From Hyphomicrobiales bacterium (GTDB lineage: Bacteria; Pseudomonadota; Alphaproteobacteria; Rhizobiales; HXMU1428-3): a stretch of 64,000 nt of DNA. The stretch is from positions 1,364,994-1,428,993 of the forward strand of contig OZ244129.1 of the NCBI GenBank assembly GCA_965215715.1, given 5' to 3'. Below, piece by piece: positions 48,802-58,569 of the stretch. Numbering within the stretch: position 1 is the first letter of the stretch; every line of letters begins with the position of its first letter. Position numbers and translations under genes: made by a program. Under the pieces are notes generated by a model that saw only the letters and a list, made by a program, of their open reading frames with translations, had not been told where the DNA came from and ran no database searches.

Positions 48802-48947
48802 GGCCAAAAACAAAATATGAATCATGAGAACTTAAGGCTAAGCGCTAGCGCTGTCCAGAGCCAACTTGGAGAAAATCACGGTTGCAGTTAACCTGAATAG
48901 CTAAAATTGGAGATTACAAGCTATAACAGGCAACTTATTGATCAAGC

Positions 48948-49778
48948 TTAAGCTTCTATCATTGTCGTTGCGACAATTGAATAAAGGTCTGTCCAGGCTT
49001 GGCGGACCTCATCGGTTAACGCTGGCCCTAAGCCTTGCTCGAATGTCCACATTAAGGCTTCAGCCACATGAACATAATGCTCATCTACAACGCCGTAATC
49101 TTTATGACGCTTGCCTAAATCTTGGACAATCGGCACCACTTTTTCAGGTGCGCGCAAGCTGTTAACCAAAACTTTTAAGGCTGCCATAAGCTTCTTCTTT
49201 TGCTCTGACAAATCCTCTGGAAACAGAGCGCTCAAGGACGGTTCAATTTCAAACAAACGTTGATAAAACAAATCAGCAGCTTGGTCTGAAATTCCATCTA
49301 CAAGGGCAAAGCTATCTTCGATTAAAGTAAGTTGATGCTCACTCAGTCCTAAAGCCCCGACTTGTTGGGGGGCTTCTTCTTTTACAATAGGCTCTGGGAC
49401 ATCTTGGTGATCTGGCAACTCAGGATATGATATGTTGTCTGAAGTATCAGCTAATTCTTTCACTAAAGTATCAACATTACTGCCAAGTGAGTTCACATGA
49501 AAATTTAATGTTTTTAAAATTTCGGAGATTTCTTCGGTTGCCTCTTTGGTCTGTTCGGCCAAAACTTTTACTTCACCGGCAACAACGGCAAAGCCTTTGC
49601 CACTTTCACCAGCACGTGCCGCTTCAATTGTTGCGTTAAGAGCCAACAAATTTGTCTGCCTGGTAACAGCATGAATTTGAGAGGCAACACCAGATACGCG
49701 ATCAATTTGCTCCTTTAAACTGGAGACCTCACCTTCACTATCTTTGAGTGTTTTTTGCAATCCAAGAGAAAGAGGCAT
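48948..49778 (-). CDS. Soluble MCP signalling-tip domain fused to C-terminal globin
   Basis: [34 protein letters not shown]; globin with LFYQRLF (B10 Tyr), SALF (CD1 Phe), EQKKKL (E7 Gln), LGKRH (F8 His). Confidence 0.88.
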   Translation of the reverse strand: MPLSLGLQKTLKDSEGEVSSLKEQIDRVSGVASQIHAVTRQTNLLALNATIEAARAGESGKGFAVVAGEVKVLAEQTKEATEEISEILKTLNFHVNSLGSNVDTLVKELADTSDNISYPELPDHQDVPEPIVKEEAPQQVGALGLSEHQLTLIEDSFALVDGISDQAADLFYQRLFEIEPSLSALFPEDLSEQKKKLMAALKVLVNSLRAPEKVVPIVQDLGKRHKDYGVVDEHYVHVAEALMWTFEQGLGPALTDEVRQAWTDLYSIVATTMIEA

Positions 49779-49959
49779 ATTTTATCCATCAATGTTGTCG
49801 GTAGAATCATTGTTTTCGTGGCATTTTTAGACTCAAAACAAATGACCACACGTAATAGGTGTCTGACTCACGTAAACAAACCCTTAAAAACTGTCTGTAT
49901 GGGCTCATTTTGATCGGTATTATTGTGCCTTAAAGGTTGAAAAATATGTTTAAAGCGGC

Positions 49960-50583
49960 CTATTGCTCTTTGAGCAAAGCAGCCACTCTTTTACGCAATT
50001 TAGGAACGTAATCAGCCTCAAACCAAGGGTTCTTCTTTAACCAACGGGTGTTGCGCCATGAAGGGTGTGGCAAAGGTAAATAGGCCGGCTTGGACTTAAC
50101 CGCCAAATAGGTTTGATAGTTAGATACGATCTCTTGCAATGAACTGCGCTTGGAGTGCTGCAAATGATAATCCATAGCGTAACGCCCGATCACCAATATC
50201 AGCTCAAGTTGAGGTAGCCTGGCCATGAGTTGATCATGCCAAGTGGCCCTGCATTCTGGCCGTGGTGGCAAATCAGCGCCTTTCTCTGTTTGTCCGGGGA
50301 AGCAAAAGCCCATTGGGATCACGTTAACGCGGCTTGCATCATAAAATTGTTCGTTGCTCAGACCTGTCCATTGTCTTAACCGGTCGCCGGACCTGTCTGT
50401 AAAGGGGCGGCCTGAGGCGTGAACTTTGGTTCCCGGCGCTTGGCCGCAAATGGCCAGTTTCGCAGTTGTTGAGACTTGTAAAACCGGGCGTGGTTTGTGG
50501 GGCAAAGGTTTGCCTTTGGGACGGGCGCGACAAATATCACATTGGCGAATTTGTCTGACAAGTGTTTCAAGTTTTGGTTTCAT
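49960..50583 (-). CDS. Uracil-DNA glycosylase family protein
   Basis: CDICR, GQAPG, FTDRSGDRLRQW, PMGFCFPG, LPHPSWRN. Confidence 0.9.
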   Translation of the reverse strand: MKPKLETLVRQIRQCDICRARPKGKPLPHKPRPVLQVSTTAKLAICGQAPGTKVHASGRPFTDRSGDRLRQWTGLSNEQFYDASRVNVIPMGFCFPGQTEKGADLPPRPECRATWHDQLMARLPQLELILVIGRYAMDYHLQHSKRSSLQEIVSNYQTYLAVKSKPAYLPLPHPSWRNTRWLKKNPWFEADYVPKLRKRVAALLKEQ

Positions 50584-50687
50584 GATGAAAGTTTTTCACT
50601 TTGCGCTCATTACAGCTTACTCACGAAAAACTGAATTGAGCCAAAAACGATTTTCATTACAATAGTAGTCAACGCAATTTTACCCTT

Positions 50688-51035
50688 ATGAGGTATGTTA
50701 TGAAATCTATCAATAAATACCATTTAGGCTTAGCTCTTTTTTCAGCCTTTGCTTTGACGTTCAGCGTTGTGCAAGAGGCGCAAGCTGGGCGCTACAAACT
50801 TAAATGCCAGGGGCGTTATCAAGTTGTCGATGGCAGCCTTATTTCAACACCGCCTTGCGAAAATGCGTATTTAGCGCGCATTGCGCGCAGTTACGGCTTT
50901 AAAGTGAGCACCCGCCAAATGCGTAAAAACCCGAATAAAAAGGCTTATATTTGTTCTGCAATCGGGCATGACACCCGGGTTAGTGATTTTTGCTCAACTT
51001 ACAGGGTTAGCCCTGGCGTTCGCGGTGCGTACTAA
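50688..51035 (+). CDS. Small secreted four-Cys hypothetical protein
   Basis: Signal peptide (AQA|GR), basic mature part with four Cys; closed ORF. Confidence 0.65.
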   Translation: MRYVMKSINKYHLGLALFSAFALTFSVVQEAQAGRYKLKCQGRYQVVDGSLISTPPCENAYLARIARSYGFKVSTRQMRKNPNKKAYICSAIGHDTRVSDFCSTYRVSPGVRGAY

Positions 51036-51115
51036 ATAAAAAGACCCGCGACTTTTATCACCAGCCCTCCACTTTATTTGCTTGCTTCACAAGGAATTAG
51101 AGTGATAATGCCCTT

Positions 51116-51577
51116 ATGATCAAGACTGCATGTCATAAAGTTTTTTCTTATAAGGGCTTAAACCTTGCTCTGCTTGGCCTTCTGGGCTTGTTAAGTGGAT
51201 GTTCAGGGCTGGGCTATACCCCTCCGCCTGGGGCAAAATTAGGTGACGCTTTTTTAAGCTTAACGGTTAGCACCACTGATCGTAGTCGCATGCCCCAAGG
51301 GGCCGATGTGGTCATTAGCATTGAAAACCCGGCCGCGGTGGAAGAAAAAAACAAGGTCATTATTGGGGATGTTGTTAAGCTGTCTCAGCCGGATACGGCT
51401 GTGAAAATCAATTTCCCCATTGACCGTCACCTTTTAAGTGAGTGCGGCAAATCTAAGCCTTGCCAAATCAAGGTCAAGATCGCCAAAAGCGGTGCCATTC
51501 GTTATATCTCGAACAAACCGGAACCCTTTAAAGCCGGCCAGAAAAAGGCTGAGATTTTGGTCTCCAAGCCTTCCTAA
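51116..51577 (+). CDS. Lipoprotein, YbaY/YscW-like
   Basis: Lipobox LSGC; TVSTTDRSRMPQGADVVISIEN resembles the YbaY-family start. Confidence 0.55.
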   Translation: MIKTACHKVFSYKGLNLALLGLLGLLSGCSGLGYTPPPGAKLGDAFLSLTVSTTDRSRMPQGADVVISIENPAAVEEKNKVIIGDVVKLSQPDTAVKINFPIDRHLLSECGKSKPCQIKVKIAKSGAIRYISNKPEPFKAGQKKAEILVSKPS

Positions 51578-51597
51578 ATTACACACTACACGGCCGT

Positions 51598-52587
51598 TTA
51601 TCTTTTCTTTTGTTTTCTAGCTAATTGTTTGCGCTTTAAGGCCAACCATTTGCGGCACGAGGGGCGCTTTAAATTACACTGCACCTTTATGTCTGGATGG
51701 TCAGTACGTGCTTTGGCCCGCAATGCGCCCCTTTTTTTATAACGAATATGTAGCGCTTGGATCCAATCCAATTGCAAAAGGTCTGGAGGGGCGCTCATCA
51801 ATGGCAATGGCGCGGCGCATTGGCCGAATGGTTTGACGCCATCATCTTGATATTTGGTTGGCAAAATCAAATAGCCCTTGTCGCACACAAAAATGGTTGG
51901 CAGATTGCGGTTGCGATTAAAGTAATCATAGGCGGGCTGCAAATTTTTCCAAAAGGGGGCCCAGCGGTTTGACTTAAACAATGGCCACTTGTTTTTGCCA
52001 AAACGAAAGGGGAAAATATGCACGGGCAACACTTTCTGGCCACCGCGGGCAGACAAGCTCACAAGGGCAAATAAATCTGCCATCGGACCATTTTCAAGTG
52101 CATAACACCCTTTGGAAGAACACCCCCCATGAATAAGCAGGTAAGAGCCTGTGCGCCCTTGTTGGGCATCGAAAATATTGGGAAAGTTTAGATTTAACGC
52201 TTGAGGCCATTTTTTGGAGCGCCACAACACATCTTGCATGGGTAAATGGTAAAAGCCTTCCGGGGCCTGGCGGTCTCCTTCTTCCAATTTAGGGCCTAAC
52301 TCACCGGAATATTTGCAAATATCATAGCTGCGATACAGCTTATAATGCCCCTTGGAGAGGATCCAAACCTCAACTTCCTTTTCTAGCTTAAACAAACGAA
52401 TGTAAATGCGAGGCTGAATGGAAAAGCCGCCAGCGCGCAAACGTGTGATTTGCCCTAGTTCACTGGCTGAAAAGGTCTTGCTTATGTTGAGCTTCTTCAA
52501 ATCTTGGGCTTGATTGCCCCTCACGGGCGAACCAGTGAGACAAAAAGCAACACATAGCCAAAAGATGCAAATAAGTCTCGCACACAC
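51598..52587 (-). CDS. Murein L,D-transpeptidase family (YkuD; YafK-like)
   Basis: YIRLFKLEKEVEVW, ICKYSGELGPKLEEGDRQAPEGFY, LLIHGGCSSKGC. Confidence 0.9.
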   Translation of the reverse strand: MCARLICIFWLCVAFCLTGSPVRGNQAQDLKKLNISKTFSASELGQITRLRAGGFSIQPRIYIRLFKLEKEVEVWILSKGHYKLYRSYDICKYSGELGPKLEEGDRQAPEGFYHLPMQDVLWRSKKWPQALNLNFPNIFDAQQGRTGSYLLIHGGCSSKGCYALENGPMADLFALVSLSARGGQKVLPVHIFPFRFGKNKWPLFKSNRWAPFWKNLQPAYDYFNRNRNLPTIFVCDKGYLILPTKYQDDGVKPFGQCAAPLPLMSAPPDLLQLDWIQALHIRYKKRGALRAKARTDHPDIKVQCNLKRPSCRKWLALKRKQLARKQKKR

Positions 52588-52705
52588 AAAATCTCTCCTT
52601 AATCACAAAGGATTTATTTTATTTACCATGATTTGACATGACAAATATGCCCAAACAGGACAAACTGTTAAACTAAAAGCTAACAAACTTATATAATACT
52701 CACAT

Positions 52706-53080
52706 ATGAACGCGAACAAATGTACAAAGGGTTTGCTTATCATGATCGCAAATAAACTTAACAAATCATCTTTAATGGGTGTGTGTTTTCTTACCGCTAT
52801 TGCCATTACTAGCACGGCTGCTCAAGCCGGTGGTCGCCATTCTTACAATGATGGCACTGGTTTTTTCCTGTTTGACTTATTTGGGCAAGCGCCACAAAGC
52901 AAATATCGCAAACCTAGCCCTCAGGTGCGTGGGTTTAAGAGAAAAGTGGGCGGTTATTCTTATAAGTTTGAAGACACGCTGCCTCCACTTGGTTCAAAGC
53001 CTGACGACTTTAGCCCCATCTTCGATCGCGGCCTTTTCTCAGATCGTCTTGGGCCTGATGGGCCTTATATTGGTGATTAA
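52706..53080 (+). CDS. Small secreted hypothetical protein
   Basis: Signal peptide ending AQA; Gly/Pro-rich mature part with RKVGGYSY; start codon uncertain. Confidence 0.55.
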   Translation: MNANKCTKGLLIMIANKLNKSSLMGVCFLTAIAITSTAAQAGGRHSYNDGTGFFLFDLFGQAPQSKYRKPSPQVRGFKRKVGGYSYKFEDTLPPLGSKPDDFSPIFDRGLFSDRLGPDGPYIGD

Positions 53081-53101
53081 GGTTTCGACTTAAAAAAGCA
53101 A

Positions 53102-53140
53102 AGGCTTTAGAGCCTATTATTGTTATAGATTCTAAAGCCT
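53102..53140. terminator. Hairpin between convergent genes
   Basis: AGGCTTTAGA...TCTAAAGCCT; abuts the amiC stop codon. Confidence 0.55.
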
Positions 53141-54398
53141 AACCGCCCGGGTTATCTTTTAAAAATTTATCAACTGCTTTGGTCAGCGCTTTGGCCAATG
53201 ATAGTTGCCATTTTTTTGATCGCAACAGCTGCTCATCTTTGCTGTTGCTTAGATAGCCAAGCTCGATCAACACTGAAGGGACAACGGCTGAGCGCAAAAC
53301 GACAAAATTGGCTGAACGCATTCTGTTGTTTGTAAACTTGGTCTTCCCGCTCATGCGCCCAACAGCATAGTCTGCAAATTTCAATGACTGATTTTTGGTT
53401 TCTCTCATTGTCAGGTCTAACAGAATGCCGCCCACCTCACCCGATTCTGGAGGCAAATCAAGCCCGGCTAAAATGTCAGACTTATTCTCTTTAGCAGCCA
53501 AGGCTTGCGCTTCCTGGTCGGAGCCTTCTTTTGACAATGTATAAATGCTGGCACCGCGCGTTCTTGAGGCTAAGCGTCTTGAAATGGAATCAGCGTGCAA
53601 AGAAATAAACAGCGCAGCGTTATAGTTTTCAGCAATTTTTACCCGTTCTTGCAAAGGCACAAACACATCAACTGAACGGGTTAGTTTAATATCATAAGTT
53701 TTAAGGCGCTTCAGTTCGGCTTGTAAGACCTTGGCAAAGGTCAACACAATGTCTTTTTCCTTAGACCCACGGGTGCTCACGGCGCCAGGATCCAGCCCCC
53801 CATGGCCAGGATCAATCACAATACGGGGGCGCCCTTTAGGTTTATCGGTTTTTGTTAGTCTTTTAATGGCTTTATCAATTGAAGCCTTTTTTGCCTCTCC
53901 GGGCTTTTTTTGTCGTTTGCGGTAAAGCTCTTTTTGGCGGCGCTTAAAATTGGCTACATCTGTGGGCACAATATCAACCACCAGTTTGGCTGGCGTGTTG
54001 CCCTTGGCTTTTAAAACAAAAGATTGTTCCACATGTACTGGCCCCACCACATCAATCACGATGCGCGATTTGCCCGGGGCAAATAACCCGTAACGGAAAG
54101 CACTGACCAGGCCTTTGCCCGTATTGCCCAAACCTTGGGGCAATTTAAAGCTGACATTGGGCAGGTCGATGATCACCCTGTAGGGGTCTGACAATGTGAA
54201 AATGCGATAATCTGTGGTTTTAGAAAGATCGGCGACGAACCTTGTTCGTGCCGCATCACCGCCCAAACGGGCATCTTTGGCAACTGTTGAGGGAGCGTTT
54301 TGGTCCCTAGACAGAGCTGTACCGGTCCCTCCAACCAGTTGAAACACCAAGCACACCCCAATAAAAAAACATCCATAGCGGCTAGACAATAAGTTCAC
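53139..54398 (-). CDS. amiC: N-acetylmuramoyl-L-alanine amidase with AMIN domain
   Basis: DPYRVIIDLP AMIN; IVIDPGHGGLDPGA, KEKDIVL, FISLHADS, VLIELGYLSN. Confidence 0.95.
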   Translation of the reverse strand: MNLLSSRYGCFFIGVCLVFQLVGGTGTALSRDQNAPSTVAKDARLGGDAARTRFVADLSKTTDYRIFTLSDPYRVIIDLPNVSFKLPQGLGNTGKGLVSAFRYGLFAPGKSRIVIDVVGPVHVEQSFVLKAKGNTPAKLVVDIVPTDVANFKRRQKELYRKRQKKPGEAKKASIDKAIKRLTKTDKPKGRPRIVIDPGHGGLDPGAVSTRGSKEKDIVLTFAKVLQAELKRLKTYDIKLTRSVDVFVPLQERVKIAENYNAALFISLHADSISRRLASRTRGASIYTLSKEGSDQEAQALAAKENKSDILAGLDLPPESGEVGGILLDLTMRETKNQSLKFADYAVGRMSGKTKFTNNRMRSANFVVLRSAVVPSVLIELGYLSNSKDEQLLRSKKWQLSLAKALTKAVDKFLKDNPGG

Positions 54399-54573
54399 CC
54401 CTTTTACCCGATAAGCCCCCCCATTGGCCTTACCGGCTTTTCAAACGAAATCAATTTTTAAAATATAATCTACTTAACTCAAAAAAATTCTTAAAGCTCA
54501 TTTAGACTGCAACATTTAAAGTTTTACGTTCAAAATAGAACTGCTCAGACTATTTTATCCCCAAACTCACATA

Positions 54574-54611
54574 TACAGATGGCCAAATTGAGTACAGATG
54601 GCTAAATTGAG
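54574..54611. repeat. 19-bp tandem duplication
   Basis: TACAGATGGC(C/T)AAATTGAG x2. Confidence 0.85.
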
Positions 54612-55512
54612 CTCAAAAAGATAAAATCATTTCTCTATTTGTAAATTTATTTGATTCTTTCATTTTACCAAAAACGAGCCGGTATTGGGCAATAACCTAG
54701 CTATCAAATGCATAAAATAAACACAATATCCCCTCAAAAGGGAGGAGGATGTAAACTTTTTTCCTATATTTTATTCATAAACCGTATTCAGGCTTGCGAA
54801 ATGGGAAGTCAAAGCCTATCTTTGGTCACGTTTGATGAACACATGAGTTAAGAACTGTAAAAATAAATATCTTTTGTAAATTTCACATTTACATAACTTG
54901 ATTGTATTTTTTCAGGGTAAAACCATCTAAACAAAATAAATGTAGTGGATGAGGCTTTCGTTCATTTCAATTATTAAAAGGGTTGAGTAAAAACTAATCG
55001 TTTTTGCGATAAATAAGGAAATGGATCAAATCACCCTTTTTAAGAAAACGTTTAAGGAAATAAAATATTTAACGTTTTGCGGCATCGAAAACAAAAATTT
55101 TGAAAATTATTTTCAACTTTTTTATAGGTGAGCGAGCTATGCGCGAAACCAAGCGCCTACAATTTAAGAGATTTTTTTAACATAGATGATCAAAGGATCA
55201 TCAAAATGAGCCGGCGAATAGCGCCATGTTTAAACGAACAACAAACCTAACAGTTATTAATTACAACCAAATCAGAAAGCTAATTTTGGCAAATTGATGC
55301 AGATTATGATGGTAACAGCATACATAAACGGGATGATCAAAATAGTTCATTATTTGATCGGTCAGCCAACGGCTGCCCCCAAGCTGGCCACTTTATCGCT
55401 CACACCTTCTTGCCAATTGGCTTCAAGAACATTTCAGGGCCTCTTAAACAGCCTCTTGTTTGAAACACCAACAAAAAGGCAACCCAGATGCCCCTGATCA
55501 GGAATAAAAATA

Positions 55513-58026
55513 ATGCCAAACAAAATGCTTATCGATGCCTCGCACCCAGAGGAAACACGGGTCGTGGTGATGCGTGGGGACCGTGTTGAGGAATTTGACT
55601 TTGAATCAGCCCTTAGAAAACAATTACGCGGCAACATTTATCTTGCAAAAGTAACCCGCGTTGAACCTTCGCTGCAAGCTGCCTTTGTTGATTATGGTGG
55701 CAATCGTCATGGCTTTTTAGCCTTTAATGAAATTCACCCTGATTATTATCAGCTGCCCCAAGCTGACAGAGAAGCTCTGTTGGAATATGAAGCGCAGGAG
55801 GCGCGCCATGCCGCCCAACGAGAAGTGGAGGCTGACGATGAGGCCCCGACGGATGAGGGCCCCAAAAAAAGTAATGATGAGCTTGAGGCCTCTGGCGAGG
55901 AAGACTTGTCTCTTAATGACAATGAGGGTGATGCCACACAAATAGATGATGATGATTTTGGTGCCTCAGAGGAAGATGTAGAATCTGTTGGCTCAGAAGA
56001 TGCTTTGGAAGAATTGCCTGAGCGTCAACCCATCAAACGCAAGCACTATAAAATTCAAGAAGTCATCAGACGCCGCCAAATCATTCTTATCCAGGTGGTG
56101 AAAGAAGAGCGCGGCAATAAGGGTGCAGCACTAACAACCTACCTATCACTTGCCGGGCGCTATACGGTATTAATGCCTAACACAGCACGTGGTGGTGGCA
56201 TTTCTCGCAAAATTGCCAACCCAACAGACCGCAAACGTTTGCGCAAAATCGTTGCGGAATTAGAGGTTCCGGAAGGTATGGGATTGATTGTGCGCACAGC
56301 TGGCGCCTCGCGCACCAAAGCTGAATTAAAGCGTGACTTTGAATATCTTTTGCGCCTTTGGGAAAATGTGCGTGATTTAACGTTGCAATCTTCTGCACCA
56401 AGTTTGGTTTATGAAGAAGGCAATCTGATCAAACGTTCGATCCGTGACCTTTACAATAAAGACATAGAAGAAGTGCTTGTCTCTGGTGAGGAAGAATACC
56501 GGGAAGCCAAAGACTTTATGCGCATGTTGATGCCTAGCCACGCCAAAAACGTGCAGCCTTATAAATATAGCGAGCCGCTGTTTGCCCGTTATAAAATTGA
56601 AGCGCAGTTGAATGCGATGTACAGCCCGTATGTCACGCTGCCTTCTGGTGGGTATATTGTGATTAACCAAACAGAGGCGCTGGTCTCTGTTGATGTGAAC
56701 TCTGGCCGGGCAACCAAAGAACATTCGATTGAAGAAACCGCTTTAAAAACCAATTTGGAAGCGGCCAGCGAAATTTCTCGCCAATTGCGCTTGCGTGATC
56801 TGGCCGGCCTGGTGGTGATTGACTTTATCGATATGGAAGAGCGGCGCAACAACCGCTCGGTTGAGCGACGCCTCAAAGAGTGTTTGCGCTTTGATCGTGC
56901 CCGCATCCAGGTGGGACGCATTAGCCATTTTGGCCTGCTGGAAATGTCACGCCAAAGATTGCGTACCGGTGTGTTGGAAGGGTCGACAAGTCAGTGTCAG
57001 CATTGTTCTGGCACGGGCATGATACGTTCAACAGAATCCATGGCACTGACCATCTTGCGCGCTTTAGAGGACCGGTTGCAAACCCAGCGCCAAGCTTTGG
57101 ATCTTGTTTGCAACACCAATGTTGAAGTTGCGCTTTATATTTTGAACAATAAACGTAATTACGTTCACGATATTGAACATCGCTATAGCGTTAATATCAC
57201 CATCCAAGCCAGCCAGAATTTGGAAGGAGTGAGCTATACCATTGAAAACATCCGCCGGGATGAGCAAGCTCAAGGTAAAACGGATGGCGTCATTCAAATG
57301 GATTGGGCCCATAAATCGACTGACAATGAAAGAACGCCGCTGGCTGAAGAGCAAGAAGAAAAGCCACGCCGCCGGCGTCGGCGTCGGCGGGGCGGGCAAA
57401 GTGCACGTCGGGGCAAAGACGCTCAAGATCAAACACAAGAGACGAATGATCAACAAGCTGTATCTGAAACCGAAGCTGATCCGCAAACAGCTGAGCAAAG
57501 TGAACAGTCTACCACTGAGGACGGGGATGAAAACAAACGCCGCCCTCGTCGCCGTGGACGGCGTGGTGGGCGTCGACGTGGGCCAAACCGGGCTGATAGA
57601 AACCAGCAAGAAGACAATGGCGCTCAAGAAGACAGTGGGTTACAAAAAGACGGTGGGTTAGACGAAAAAGTCGCTCTTGTTACTGAGGCCGCTGTTTCTG
57701 AAACTGACGGTCCAGCCTCTGAAGAGGGCGAGACGGACAAAGACAAACGATCAAGATATCCGCGTCGCAGACAACAATCTGGATCAAGGCGTCGCCAAGA
57801 GAGTTCTTCTAAAGAAAAAAATGGCGCTTCTGATCAAGACCCGTCAGACAACAGCAAGCCAGACACACATGCTGGTGAAACCCAGGCTGTCAGCGTCAAG
57901 GAGACGTCTGGTGGAAAATCAGAGCCAGAGAAACTGGATCCGGCCAGCCTTGTTGCCTCTAATCAAGATGGCGACGAGGCAAGTGCCTCCCCGCGTCGTG
58001 GCTGGTGGCAAAAACGCAGCGGTTAA
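55513..58026 (+). CDS. rne: Ribonuclease E
   Basis: GNIYLAKVTRVEPSLQAAFVDYG, VSVDVNSG, VIDFIDM, CQHC Zn-link, Arg-rich disordered C-terminus. Confidence 0.98.
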   Translation: MPNKMLIDASHPEETRVVVMRGDRVEEFDFESALRKQLRGNIYLAKVTRVEPSLQAAFVDYGGNRHGFLAFNEIHPDYYQLPQADREALLEYEAQEARHAAQREVEADDEAPTDEGPKKSNDELEASGEEDLSLNDNEGDATQIDDDDFGASEEDVESVGSEDALEELPERQPIKRKHYKIQEVIRRRQIILIQVVKEERGNKGAALTTYLSLAGRYTVLMPNTARGGGISRKIANPTDRKRLRKIVAELEVPEGMGLIVRTAGASRTKAELKRDFEYLLRLWENVRDLTLQSSAPSLVYEEGNLIKRSIRDLYNKDIEEVLVSGEEEYREAKDFMRMLMPSHAKNVQPYKYSEPLFARYKIEAQLNAMYSPYVTLPSGGYIVINQTEALVSVDVNSGRATKEHSIEETALKTNLEAASEISRQLRLRDLAGLVVIDFIDMEERRNNRSVERRLKECLRFDRARIQVGRISHFGLLEMSRQRLRTGVLEGSTSQCQHCSGTGMIRSTESMALTILRALEDRLQTQRQALDLVCNTNVEVALYILNNKRNYVHDIEHRYSVNITIQASQNLEGVSYTIENIRRDEQAQGKTDGVIQMDWAHKSTDNERTPLAEEQEEKPRRRRRRRRGGQSARRGKDAQDQTQETNDQQAVSETEADPQTAEQSEQSTTEDGDENKRRPRRRGRRGGRRRGPNRADRNQQEDNGAQEDSGLQKDGGLDEKVALVTEAAVSETDGPASEEGETDKDKRSRYPRRRQQSGSRRRQESSSKEKNGASDQDPSDNSKPDTHAGETQAVSVKETSGGKSEPEKLDPASLVASNQDGDEASASPRRGWWQKRSG

Positions 58027-58045
58027 TCAAACAAAGGCTTCTTAA

Positions 58046-58080
58046 CTCTTTGGCTTTGCCTTTATTGCAAAGCCAAAGAG
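58046..58080. terminator. Perfect 14-bp hairpin between convergent rne and phosphatase genes
   Basis: CTCTTTGGCTTTGC-ctttatt-GCAAAGCCAAAGAG. Confidence 0.8.
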
Positions 58081-58096
58081 GGCCAATGACGTGTGT

Positions 58097-58552
58097 TTAC
58101 AATTGCGCGATCATTTGTTCTGCAAGGTCTAGGCGCTCTTGTCCAACTTGATTGGCTGTGACATCACGCAATTGAGCTAATTGTGACTGAGCCTCTTGAG
58201 GGTCGTTCCCCCTTAATCGCAATAAGCTATAGACAAAAAAACCTGTCCGATGGATCCCGGCTGAGCAATGAAAATATAGCCTTGGGTTAGGCTCCTCTTT
58301 TATGGTTTGCAAAAGAGTTTGCATGTACCCGCTTAGATCAACTTGGGATAATAACTCTAATTTGCCTCCCTCTATTGGCAGCCAGACCCACTCACAGTCT
58401 ATTTTTTTACAAAGCTTGCCAATCAATGGGGCCCCTTCACGCTCGCTCAGCAGGGTACAGCAATGGGTTAGGTTCAATTGCTGCAAACGGTGTAGAGACT
58501 TTTTCCCTGGGCGTGGGCCTAAAAACAAATTTATCTTTTGGTCTTCATACAC
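58097..58552 (-). CDS. Cys-based protein tyrosine/dual-specificity phosphatase
   Basis: YFHCSAGIHRTG (CX5R) motif. Confidence 0.85.
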   Translation of the reverse strand: MYEDQKINLFLGPRPGKKSLHRLQQLNLTHCCTLLSEREGAPLIGKLCKKIDCEWVWLPIEGGKLELLSQVDLSGYMQTLLQTIKEEPNPRLYFHCSAGIHRTGFFVYSLLRLRGNDPQEAQSQLAQLRDVTANQVGQERLDLAEQMIAQL

Positions 58553-58569
58553 AAGGGTGTGCCTTAGTT

